Shown: piece by piece, positions 54,512 through 64,000 of the stretch
Position numbering within the stretch: position 1 is the stretch's first letter
Layout: each line of letters begins with the position of its first letter
DNA from: an uncultured delta proteobacterium
GTDB taxonomy: Bacteria; Desulfobacterota; Binatia; Bin18
Assembly (NCBI GenBank): GCA_963733195.1
Contig: CAVTCR010000071.1
Span: forward strand, 111,642 to 175,641
Reading direction: 5' to 3'
Length of the DNA stretch: 64,000 bases
Translations under genes and position numbers: made by a program
The notes under the pieces: model-generated
Told to the model about the DNA's origin: nothing
Database searches by the model: none
What the model saw: only the letters and a program-made list of their open reading frames with translations

Positions 54512-55361
54512 CTATTGAAACCGCTCAGGATGAATGAGTCGCGCAATTTCCTCAAAGCCATCAGGAAGGCGTGGCCCCGGGCGTAAGACCGTATAGGATT
54601 GCGTGCCATACACTCGCCCATCTCGCACTGCAGGAAGGGTGGGAAAGTTCTTCCACATCCCGAGGTATTGATGCTTATCATTTTCCTCAGACCCCATCGA
54701 ACCATCGATGATCACTTCTGGTTGCTTTGCCACTGCCACTTCCAAACTCAAGCGTACCCAGGGCTGATTTGCTTCCGCTGCAATGTTGATCCCATACGCT
54801 TGAGTAATCAGCTCATTGAGAAAAATTCCGCTGCCAACCGCGATGAGAGGCTCTTGTCCAACTACCATCAACACCCGACGCTGGGGTGCTCCGTTCAGGC
54901 GAGCGCGTATCGCTTCCATACGTTTGTCCATTGCTATTAAGAGAGACTCCCCTTGTTCAGCACGTGCAGCTTCATGAGCGATCGTTCGTATCGCCGCACG
55001 AATTTGCTCAATCGTATCGACTTGGACAACCACAACCCGTACCCCAAGCTGTTGGAGAGCAGCAATCGCCTCAGGGATTATTCGGTGGTACGCCAATCAC
55101 CACATCTGGCCGTTTCGCCACAATTGCCTCAACGTTGGGTGCGCTATACGAACCGACACGGTCTATTGTCTCGACCCCCTGTGGAAAGTCACAAAATGTA
55201 CATATTCCTACAACTTCGGCTTTAGCCCCGATGGCAAAAAGTGTCTCGGTAACCGATGGGGCGAGAGAAACAATACGACGCGAAGACGTGTCCTTCTTTG
55301 GTTCACTGTGAGTGCAGGAGGTCAAAAATAAAAGCAAGGCGACAATGGTTCTTGCTCGCAT
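54512..55361 (-). CDS. Cobalamin-binding lipoprotein (BtuF-like), frameshift near 55075
   Basis: Lipobox LTSC; RIVSLAPSVTETLFAIG; second frame ends LRPGPR...IHPE. Confidence 0.88.
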
Positions 55362-55375
55362 GAGTTGTTCACTTG

Positions 55376-55440
55376 CTCTCACCCGCAGCCGCTTTGCGTC
55401 TGCTTTCCTCTCCCAGAAGGAAAGGGCTAGGGTGAGGGCT
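55376..55440. repeat. REP-like palindromic element (CCCTCACCCTAGCCCT...GGGAGAGG type)
   Basis: CTCTCACCC at 55376 pairs with GGGTGAGGG at the right end; intergenic between receptor and binding-protein genes. Confidence 0.5.
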
Positions 55441-55444
55441 TTCC

Positions 55445-57397
55445 TTAAAATGTTACCTTCACTCCAGCGATATAATTCAACGGTGGCGAACGGAATCCAA
55501 GCACCTCTTCGTAGTTACGGTCGAACAGGTTTTCAACTCTTGCGTAAACCGCTAATCGCATCCCCGCTAATAAGCCTGGTACAAACGAATACGAAGCTGC
55601 AAAGTTTGTACGTGCGAACATGGGGTTCGTACGCGGCCCCTGTACAGGGTCAATATCATCACGATCCCCAATGACATTGACGCTTAAGTGCAGCCTCAGA
55701 AGGTCGTCAGTCGAAGACAATCCTTGACGTTCGTAGTTAACCTCAACTGACCCATGCTCCGTCGGGCGACGTAACAATTTTCCATCCTGAGTATCAAAAT
55801 CAAGATAAGTAAAATTTCCACTCACCGTGAGGCCAGGTAGTACGCGCAGAACCGGAATTACTTCCACTCCTTGAACATCGACCCGTCCTTTATTCTGCGC
55901 TTGAAAGATAAAGTTGTCTGGATCAACTAATACGCCTTCGATCAGTCCTTTGACGCGCCGGTTAAAATAGACGGCTTCTAACGAGAATCGTTGTCCCCAT
56001 AACGTCTGTTCGAATCCCGCATCCCACTCACTACTAATTTCAGCGTCAAGGTCGGGGTTCCCGAAGTCAGGGAAAAACAACTCGTTGAAGTTAGGAGCAC
56101 GAAATCCTCCCGAAAATCCACCTTTTAACTTGGTGCCAGTTTGCGGAATAAGGTAGGCGACCGAGCCGGCCGGAGTGATATGTGTACCAAAGTCTTCGTT
56201 GTCATCAAAACGAAAACCGCCGGTGATAAACAGCCGTTCGTTGAGCAAGCGTAATTGTTCTTGCAAGTAATAAGCAAAATTGTTGCGGCTCTTGTTAAAA
56301 TTCGAACGAAAGCCACCAAAGTTTGATTGTACATCAGCCGACTTTTCCTCGAACTCAAAACCAAAAGTGATGATACTGAGGTTACGCCAGTAGAAATTTC
56401 CCTGAAATTCGCCGGTGAAGGTTTCAACTGGGATACGCGAGATTCCTGAGCCAAATTCATCAAATTGATCAGGTTCATCAAAGAAGCGTTGATTATCGCG
56501 GACGTAGGAACCAGCCACTCGATAGTTAAAAGCTTCGCGTAGCGTATGCTCCCATTCACCTTTCCAGAGCACCGAGTTCGTCAGTTGTCGCGCATTGGGA
56601 TCTGGCACGCCGAGATAGTTCTTGTTGTTGAAGAGGCCGATCTTGGCATCAATGTAATGAACGAAATTGCGGAACGTTCCACGCGGCAGTACATCGACGT
56701 CAACACGCAGGTTCGTCGAAAAATTGCGATACCCATCATTGAACTGACGAAACCCATCCGTATCGATCGAGGCCACTGCCCCAGAAAAACCGACAATCCC
56801 CTGTGAGCCAGAGAACGAGAGCGTCTCACGATGCGTGTTCCCTTTTCCGCCCTCGGCTGAGATCGTCATTGTTGGCGTGCCTTCACCTTTCTTGGTGATG
56901 ATATTAATGACTCCACCGATAGCCTGAGACCCGTAGAGTGTACCGCCTGAGCCGCGCAGCACCTCAATCCGATCAATGTTCTCAGTTGTTAGATTACTAA
57001 AGTCAAATGCGCCAAGAGTCACACTGTTCACTTCTACGCCGTCGATCAGTACCAACGTCTGATCCGATTCTGCTCCACGAATAAAAATACTGGAGGTCGT
57101 CCCTGGTGATCCATTCTGGGCAAAATCAAGACCAGGCACGAGTCGAAGCGCTTCAATAACTGTCGGGGCTTGTTGTTGCTGGATTTCGTCGTCAGTAACG
57201 ACGGTGACGGAAGTTGTCGTTTCTGAGAGCGGCACTTCGGTCCGTGTCGCAGTCACCACAACTGGATCCAATTTCGTTGCTTGGAGCTGGGTCTGTTGTG
57301 CAGATTGAGGAGCAGGGGTCACTGACTGCGCAATCGAGGAGGTTGGAAGAATCAACAACGACAAAAGAGCGGCACTCACCAAAAGCACGGTTCGCAT
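55445..57397 (-). CDS. btuB: TonB-dependent outer-membrane receptor, probably for cobalamin (BtuB-like)
   Basis: TonB box DPVVVTATR, plug motif IEVLRGSGGTLYGSQAIGGVINIIT, C-terminal Phe; downstream of B12 riboswitch. Confidence 0.88.
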   Translation of the reverse strand: MRTVLLVSAALLSLLILPTSSIAQSVTPAPQSAQQTQLQATKLDPVVVTATRTEVPLSETTTSVTVVTDDEIQQQQAPTVIEALRLVPGLDFAQNGSPGTTSSIFIRGAESDQTLVLIDGVEVNSVTLGAFDFSNLTTENIDRIEVLRGSGGTLYGSQAIGGVINIITKKGEGTPTMTISAEGGKGNTHRETLSFSGSQGIVGFSGAVASIDTDGFRQFNDGYRNFSTNLRVDVDVLPRGTFRNFVHYIDAKIGLFNNKNYLGVPDPNARQLTNSVLWKGEWEHTLREAFNYRVAGSYVRDNQRFFDEPDQFDEFGSGISRIPVETFTGEFQGNFYWRNLSIITFGFEFEEKSADVQSNFGGFRSNFNKSRNNFAYYLQEQLRLLNERLFITGGFRFDDNEDFGTHITPAGSVAYLIPQTGTKLKGGFSGGFRAPNFNELFFPDFGNPDLDAEISSEWDAGFEQTLWGQRFSLEAVYFNRRVKGLIEGVLVDPDNFIFQAQNKGRVDVQGVEVIPVLRVLPGLTVSGNFTYLDFDTQDGKLLRRPTEHGSVEVNYERQGLSSTDDLLRLHLSVNVIGDRDDIDPVQGPRTNPMFARTNFAASYSFVPGLLAGMRLAVYARVENLFDRNYEEVLGFRSPPLNYIAGVKVTF

Positions 57398-57488
57398 AAA
57401 ACCCCGATCTCCACGGAGAAAATCAGGGCGCAAGGAAACTCGACCACTGGCGCACAGACCTTCCCCGCGGAAGGCATTCTGGCTATGG

Positions 57489-57648
57489 CCGGTAAGGCAG
57501 GTCTCCTGGCTTCGGGATCATCCTACTTGCCGCGCCTTCCCGGACCATCCAGTGGCATGTGCGGCGTTCGTCCCCCTTCACAGTTGCGGGGCAGCGGGGG
57601 AATCACACCCCCTTCCCTTTTCATCCGCCGGTGGCGGAACCAAACCGG
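57489..57648 (-). ncRNA. Cobalamin riboswitch
   Basis: Minus strand AAAAGGGAA...GCTGCCCCGCAACTGTGA...GCCACTG...GGGAAGGC...AGCCAGGAGACCTGCC (B12 box). Confidence 0.95.
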
Positions 57649-57879
57649 AATAACGAGCCGACTAGATATGGAAGCCGTCAGCTCTTGTCAAGCAAGGGAG
57701 CAGAGCATGGGAGCGTTGACTGTTCTTAGTAGTGGGCTCACTACGCTCAGCCTGAACGGTGACAGGGCCATGATCTGTACCCGAAGCATATGTAAGGTGC
57801 CCCGAGTTTGGTGCCATTGACGTTCGCTTGCTGTGGACGGCGCGGGAGAGTAGAAGAAAAAAGTGTGGAGGAACCGTTA

Positions 57880-60800
57880 ATGACCTTTGATGAAGTCCTT
57901 GCACAGGTGCGGGAGATGCTCCAGCGTGAGGGACGGGCAGCCTACCGTATCCTGAAGCGACGGTTTGAACTGAGTGACGATGACCTGGAAGATCTGAAAG
58001 CCGATCTCATCGACGCCAAACGGGTGGCAGTGGATGAAGAAGGCAAAGTCTTGGTGTGGGTCGGCGAGGCAGATAAGGGCGAAAAGGCGAAAGGGGGAAA
58101 AGGCGAAAAGGAAAGGGACGTCTCGGTACTCTCGTAACTCTGCACCCCAGAACCTAGATCTGCCGCCGAGCGGCGGCAGCTGACCGTAATGTTCTGTGAT
58201 CTGGTGGGCTCGACCGCGCTTTCTGCCCAACTCGATCCCGAAGAGTGGCGCGAAGTCGTACGCAGCTATCAACACGTAAGTGCCGAGATCATTGGCCGGT
58301 ATGCAGGACATGTCGCGCAGTATCTGGGTGATGGCCTATTGGTCTACTTCGGCTATCCGACTGCGCATGAAGATGACGCGCAGCGAGCAGTGCGGGCGGG
58401 GTTAGAGATTGTCGCGGCACATGTCAGGGATTGACGTCGCGCCAGCAAGAGGACACATGCGGCTCCCAGTACCACAGCCGTTGCAGGTCCGCATCGGTAT
58501 TCACACCGGGTTAGTGGTCGTCGGCGAAATGGGGGGCGGAGCAAAGCGCGAACTGCTGGCCTTGGGCGAGGCGCCCAACATCGCTGCCCGGGTGCAGGGG
58601 GAAGCCGAGCCTAATACCGTAGTGATGAGCGCGGCCACCTCTCGACTAGTACAGGGGATGTTCGAGTGCCAGGACCTCGGTCTCCATACGTTGAAAGGCA
58701 TCTCGACGCCGCTGGCGTTGTACCACATGGTCGGAGAGAGCGGCGCACAGAGCCGCTTTGAGGCCGCAGTGCGCACGGGCCTCACGCCTTTAGTAGGGAG
58801 AGCGGAAGAACTAGGATTGCTGCGGCGGCACTGGGAGCGGGTGAAAACAGGCGAAGGCCAGGTGGTGTTACTCAGCGGCGAGGCCGGCATCGGCAAGTCA
58901 CGCTTGGTGCAGGAGCTGAAAGAACAGGTGACACAGGAAGGAGCGGCACGGATCGAGTTTCGCTGTTCACCCTATCACCAGAACAGTGCGCTATATCCAG
59001 TGATCGAGCACCTGCAACGACTCTTGCAGTTTGAGCGGGACGATACTCCTCTGGCTAAGGTGACAAACTCCAGCAGGCCCTCGCCCAGTATCGCTTTCCT
59101 CAAGCTGATACGCTCCCACTGGTGGCAGCGTTGCTCTCGCTCCCGCAGCCGGAAGGGCTCCCCCCTCTGACTCTGACGCCTGAGCGGCAGAAGCAGAAGA
59201 CCCAGGAAGCCTTGGTAGGCTGGCTGATGGAGGAGACAGAGAAGACGGCGGTGTTCAGCGCCTGGGAAGATCTGCACTGGGCTGACCCTTCTACACTGGA
59301 GCTGCTCACACTTTTCCTCGACCAAGTCCCGACTGCACGGATGCTGGTGCTGCTGACCTTTCGCCCGGAGTTTACCCCGCCCTGGGGTAGCCGTGCCTAT
59401 CTCAGCCAGCTCACCTTGGGCCGATTGGACCGCACTCAAGTGGGCGAGATGGTGGAGCGAGTGACAGGCGGCAAGGGGTTGTCCGCGGAGATGATACAGC
59501 AGGTCATAACTAAGACTGACGGTGTGCCGCTCTTTGTCGAGGAGTTGACCAAGAGTGTGGTGGAATCCGTCGGGGCACAGGGTCGTACGCCCCTCCACGC
59601 GCTGGCGATTCCTGCCACCTTGCATGATGCACTCATGGCGCGACTGGATCGCTTGTCGACCGTGCGTGAAGTCGCCCAACTCGGCGCCGCCTTAGGGCGC
59701 GAGTTTCGTATGACGTAATCCACGCGGTCTCTCCGCTCGACGAAGTAAGTTTGCAGCAGGCCCTGGCCAAGCTGGTCGAAGCCGAACTGCTGTACCAGCG
59801 GGGGTTACCGCCACAGGTACGCTATGTCTTCAAACATGCCCTGGTGCAGGACACAGCCTATCAATCCCTGCTCAAGAGCACCCGCCAGCACTATCACCAG
59901 CAGATTGCTCAGGTACTGGTAGAACAATTCCCTGACACGGTGAAACCCAACCGGAGCTAATAGCCCATCACTACACGGAAGCTGGACTGGGAGAGCACGC
60001 GATTCCTTACTGGCAGCGGGCCGGTGAGCGCGCAGTCCAACTGCCGGCCTATGCTGAAGCAGTACGGTTTTACCATCTGGCCCTGAAGCTCTAGAGCGTC
60101 AGGAACCGGTAGACGAGGCGCAACGCTGCACGCTCTTGTTGGCCTTGGGTGAAGCGCAATGGAAGGCGGGCGAACACCTTGAGGCTCAGGAAACATTCCT
60201 GCGCGCTGCCGATATTGCCCGGATGCTGGGGGCAACAGAGAGCTTCGTCCATGCTGCGCTGGGGCTCGGAAGGCTGACGCAGCAGGTCGGTCTTTCCGCT
60301 GCCCCGGCGGTGCGCCTGCTCGAGGAAGCGCTGCAAGCACTCGGGACGCAAGACAGTCTCCTCACGGCAAAAACCCTGGGCGGTTTGGCCCGAGCACTGC
60401 GGTCACAGGGGCGCAGCGACAAGCGCTAGTCTACGCCCAGCAGGCAGTGGCCATGGCCCGACGCCTTGCCGACCCGGAGCTGCTCGCCGTCAACCTCCAG
60501 GGGATGATCTACGCCCTCCAGGGGCCAGAACACACGCAGCAGCGCCTGGCTTACGCCACCGAAATGCTGCACCTCGCCAAGGCGGCGAATGATAAACAAC
60601 CTCTGCTCGACGCACACTACTGGCGTGTGTATTGCCTGCTCGAGCTGGGAGATATGCCGGCCACCGATGCAGAGATCGATACGTACGCCCGCTTGGCGGA
60701 AGAGTCGCAGCGACCCTTGAACTTTGCCTCGCCACAGGGTTTCGGGCCATGCGGGCCTTGATGCAGGGCCGCTTCGCCGACAGCGAGCACCTAGCTCAGG

Positions 60801-61474
60801 AAGCCCTCGCCATTGGCCAGCGCCTGCAAACGGAAAACGCCGCCGGCATCTTTGGCCTGCAGATGTTTACCCTGCGCCGCGAACAGGGCCGCCTCAAGGA
60901 ACTCGAACCCGTCGTGCGCTACTTTGTCCAGCAACAACGGTGGCTGGCGCCTGGCGCCCCGGCCTGGCACTGATCTACAGCGAACTCGGGCGCACTGAGG
61001 AGGCGCGGGCAGAGTTCGAACACCTGGCACAGCATGACTTCACTGATATTCCCCGTCGATGCTTTGTGGATAGCGAGCATCACGTACCTGGTTGACGTTT
61101 GCACCTTCCTGGAGGACAGGCCCCGTGCGGCCATCTTGTACCAGCTTTTGCTGCCCTACGCCGGACGCACAGTCGTCATTGGCAGTGCTGCGGCCTGCTA
61201 CGGTGCGGTCTCCCGCTACCTGGGAGAGTTAGCCACCACTCTGGAACGCTGGGATGAAGCGGCACAACACTTCGAGGACGCTTTGAAGATGAACGCTCGC
61301 ATGGAGGCCTGGCCCTGGCTGGCGCACACGCAGTACCAGTACGCCACTATGCTACTGGCACGTGACCAGCCCGGCGATGGCGAGAAAGCTCGGGACTTGC
61401 TCAAGGCAGCACTCCTCACAGCTCGTAAATTGGGCATGCGGGCGTTGGAGGAACAGATTACGGCAACGCTATGA
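57880..61474 (+). pseudogene. Class III nucleotide cyclase + STAND/AAA ATPase + TPR-like protein, broken by many frameshifts (true pseudogene or uncorrected errors)
   Basis: MTFDEVL N-domain; [30 protein letters not shown]; Walker A GEAGIGKS; EDLHWAD; YVFKHALVQD; helical repeats to 61474. Confidence 0.85.
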
Positions 61475-61488
61475 GATAAAGGAGGATT

Positions 61489-61740
61489 CGTCGTTGCGAG
61501 AAGCCGTAGGCGACGAAGCAATCTCTTTGACAGCCAAAGATTGCTTCGCTCCTCATCAGTCGCTGCTCAGAAACAAAATGCTCCGCCCACTGCCTCTCCT
61601 GGATTCCAGCTTTCGCTGGAATGACGAAACCAACTAGCTCGTCATTCCGGGCAAGGCCGCAGGCCGCGACCCGGAATCCAGGAGCATCAAGTTTCTCCCT
61701 CCACGCTTAGCGCCCGCACTATGGATAACTCGCAATGACA
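61489..61740. repeat. Cluster of REP-like palindromic elements
   Basis: CGAAGCAATCT/AGATTGCTTCG pair; CTGGATTCCAGCTTTCGCTGGAATGACG; CGTCATTCCGGG...CCCGGAATCCAG; CTCGCAATGAC. Confidence 0.8.
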
Positions 61741-62017
61741 CCTCCGCGTACTGCTCACACGCGAACAGCTCTGGCCGCAGTTCACTATCAACTTCGATGA
61801 TCACATCCGCCGGAATGTTCAGCCGGCGCGCCGCCTCGCGAATCGCTTCGGCGTTGGGCGCTTCGTACAAGCAGTAGGTCTTCTTTTTGTCGGCGCTGAG
61901 AAACGAGAACAGCCACTGCACGCCAACATCCGCATTAACTTGCTTGACTGCAGTCGCACCGTCGCGAGTTAGTTCGAATTGCTCGGCAAAATTTCGCTCA
62001 ATGATGAAGCGCGGCAT
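61634..62017 (-). CDS. DUF4242-family (SCO4226-like) small protein; C-terminal extension doubtful
   Basis: MPRFIIER...WLFSF...KTYCLYEAPNAEAIREAARRLNIPADVIIEV; the ORF reads on into the REP cluster. Confidence 0.85.
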   Translation of the reverse strand: MPRFIIERNFAEQFELTRDGATAVKQVNADVGVQWLFSFLSADKKKTYCLYEAPNAEAIREAARRLNIPADVIIEVDSELRPELFACEQYAEVSLRVIHSAGAKRGGRNLMLLDSGSRPAALPGMTS

Positions 62018-62154
62018 AGACTCCTCCTTTTTCTGTCGGGTTAATTCGGAAAATCTAGCATAGTAAGTGCCTATTGTGTAGCTCCGAGATTGGCCAATGC
62101 ACGCGATATTACCCTCCCTATGTTTACTTTTCTTCCTCCTCCGAACCAACATGC

Positions 62155-62207
62155 ATTGACATCGATAAGATGAAAACTTAGTCTAAATTCTAGTCTATAA
62201 AAGGAGG
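62155..62207 (+). promoter_or_regulatory. Putative promoter/operator and RBS of the toxin-antitoxin pair
   Basis: TTGACA, direct repeat TAGTCTA twice, AAGGAGG. Confidence 0.4.
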
Positions 62208-62212
62208 AAGAA

Positions 62213-62500
62213 ATGGCGAGGACACTCCCTCTATCCGAGGCGAAGGCACGTTTGAGCCAACTCGTTGCTGATCTGGAAGTGAACGAAGAAGAGTTAATCA
62301 TTACTCGTAATGGCCGCCCAGCTGCGGTACTGATTAGTGTGGATGAATTTGCTAGCTGGCAAGAGACACGCGAGGTCCAGCGAGACCCAGCGTTGATGCG
62401 TGAGATCAAGCGGGGACTCAGGCAACTCGCAAAAGGCCAACGGTTTACCTTTGAAGAGGTATTTGGTGAACCATTGACAAACCGTAGGTCCCGCAAATGA
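62213..62500 (+). CDS. Phd/YefM-family antitoxin
   Basis: LSEAKARLSQLV...IITRNGRPAAVLIS. Confidence 0.92.
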   Translation: MARTLPLSEAKARLSQLVADLEVNEEELIITRNGRPAAVLISVDEFASWQETREVQRDPALMREIKRGLRQLAKGQRFTFEEVFGEPLTNRRSRK

Positions 62501-62799
62501 CTCTGTACCGCCTTGAGATGTCACAGACGGTGCGAGACCTAATCACTCATTTACCGCCAGAGCTGAAACGGAAGGTAAAGACTGCCTTCAGAGCAATTGC
62601 CGTAGATCCTTATCAAGCAAAAGAGCTAAAGGACGAACTCGTAGGGCTACGAAGCTATCGACTGGGAAATGCGCGGATCATCTTTCGGCTCACAGGAAAA
62701 ATTGTGGAAGTGGTTGCTTTTGGTCCTCGGCGTGACATTTATGAACGGGTCGCCGCCGAGTTGAGCATACTCTTGCGAAGAGGGAACGTGGAAGAGTAG
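62497..62799 (+). CDS. RelE/ParE-family toxin
   Basis: 100 aa, ATGA overlap with antitoxin, LRSYRLG..RIIF...GPRRDIYE. Confidence 0.88.
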   Translation: MTLYRLEMSQTVRDLITHLPPELKRKVKTAFRAIAVDPYQAKELKDELVGLRSYRLGNARIIFRLTGKIVEVVAFGPRRDIYERVAAELSILLRRGNVEE

Positions 62800-62846
62800 A
62801 AAAGCACTATAGACGCTTCAGCTATACAGTAAAGGAAAGATTAGGG

Positions 62847-64000
62847 ATGACCTTTGATGAAGTCCTGGCGCAAGTACGCGAGCTGTTAGAACGCGAAGGG
62901 CGAGTGTCGTACCGAGCGCTCAAGCGACGGTTCAGTCTCGATGACGACTACCTGGAGGACATCAAGGACGAACTCATCAAAGCCAAACAGTTAGCCAGAG
63001 ATGAAGACGGTGCCGTGCTGGTCTGGACGGGCGCTTCGCCAGTTTAAGTTCCACGTTTCAAGTTTCAAGCTCCCATCCTTCTGTTTCACAGACTCCGAAC
63101 TCCGAACTCCGAACTTCCCAGCCCTCAGACACTGGACTCCGAACTCTGTACCCCGAACTGAGGGCTGCCGAACGGCGACAATTGACGGTGATGTTCTGTG
63201 ATCTGGTGGGCTCGACGGCGCTGTCCGAACAGCTTGATCCCGAAGAGTTCCGCGAGGTCGTACGCACCTATCAACAGGTAAGCGCCGAGATCGTTGGTCG
63301 TTATGCAGGCCATATCGCGCAGTATCTCGGTGATGGCCTATTGGTCTACTTCGGCTATCCCACAGCGCATGAAGATGACGCGCAGCGAGCGGTGCGGGCA
63401 GGATTAGAGATTGTTGCGGCCATGTCGGGATTGTTCCTCCCACGACACATTCGATTACCCCAGCCGTTGCAGGTCCGCATCGGTATTCACACTGGCCCGG
63501 TTGTCATAGGGGAGATCGGGAGTAGCGAAAAGCGAGAGGTGCTCGGCCTTGGGCGAGACGCCCAACATCGCGGCCGGGTGCAGGGGGAAGCGGAGCCCAA
63601 TACGGTGGTGATCAGCGCCGCCACTTATCGGCTGGTCGAAGGGCCTGTCGAATGCCAGGATCTGGTCCTCACACGTTGAAAGGGAATTTCGACTCCCTTG
63701 ATGTTGTACCGCATCGTAAGGTGAGAGTAACGCACAGAGCCGCTTTGAGGCGGCGGTCCGCACGGGCCTCACACCTCTAGTAGGCAGAGAAGAAGAACTC
63801 GGGTTGCTGCGACGACATGGAAACGGGCAAAAACCGGGGAAGGCCAGGTGGTGTTGCTCAGTGGCGAGGCCGGCATTGGCAAGTCCGGCTCATGCAGGAG
63901 CTGAAAGAACAGGTCGTGCAAGAGGGCGCGACGCGGATCGAGTTGCGCTGTTCGCCTTATCACCAGAACAGTGCGCTGTATCCGGTGATTGAGCACCTGC
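62847..64000 (+). pseudogene. Second class III cyclase + STAND ATPase paralogue, frameshifted, runs off window
   Basis: MTFDEVL N-domain, [32 protein letters not shown]; long near-identical nucleotide blocks shared with 57880-59000. Confidence 0.85.
63041..63158 (+). repeat. Heptamer tandem repeats in the interdomain linker
   Basis: GTTTCAA-GTTTCAA and CTCCGAA x3 plus degenerate copies. Confidence 0.75.

Noticed and set aside
61489-63160. CRISPR array
   Set aside because: Repeats are palindromic REP-like units or 7-bp tandems, without constant repeats, unique spacers or cas genes
57880-64000. Diversity-generating retroelement (TR/VR pair) explaining the paralogue similarity
   Set aside because: No reverse transcriptase in the window, and differences between copies are not adenine-specific

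Overview
Bacterial chromosomal window, mostly minus-strand housekeeping genes. Gene order and protein style suggest a deltaproteobacterial-type lineage such as Ca. Binatia; this is an inference only. The consensus looks like an imperfectly polished long-read assembly, because many essential genes carry single-base frameshifts. In order: trpB(partial)-trpF-trpC-trpD plus a SPOR gene; the alpha/spc/S10 ribosomal superoperon; tuf-rpsG-rpsL with no fusA; rpoC-rpoB-rplLJAK-nusG-secE-tRNA-Trp-rpmG; a second tuf and four tRNAs; rlmB; lptFG; rpsI-rplM; two tRNAs; lon-clpX-clpP-tig; five tRNAs. Next is an unusual Fe-S biogenesis operon (iscS, two Mrp/ApbC NTPases, DUF971, ferredoxin, FNR-like flavoprotein, iscU, an orphan NuoB, DUF59, Rrf2) with two IscR-type operators, followed by a cobalamin-riboswitch-controlled btuBFCD locus. 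The window ends in an accessory region with two paralogous class III cyclase-STAND-ATPase genes, a DUF4242 gene, a Phd/RelE toxin-antitoxin pair and REP-like repeats. Most interesting: the Fe-S operon with its stand-alone NuoB and twin Mrp scaffolds, and the extreme G-ending codon bias confined to the two tuf copies.
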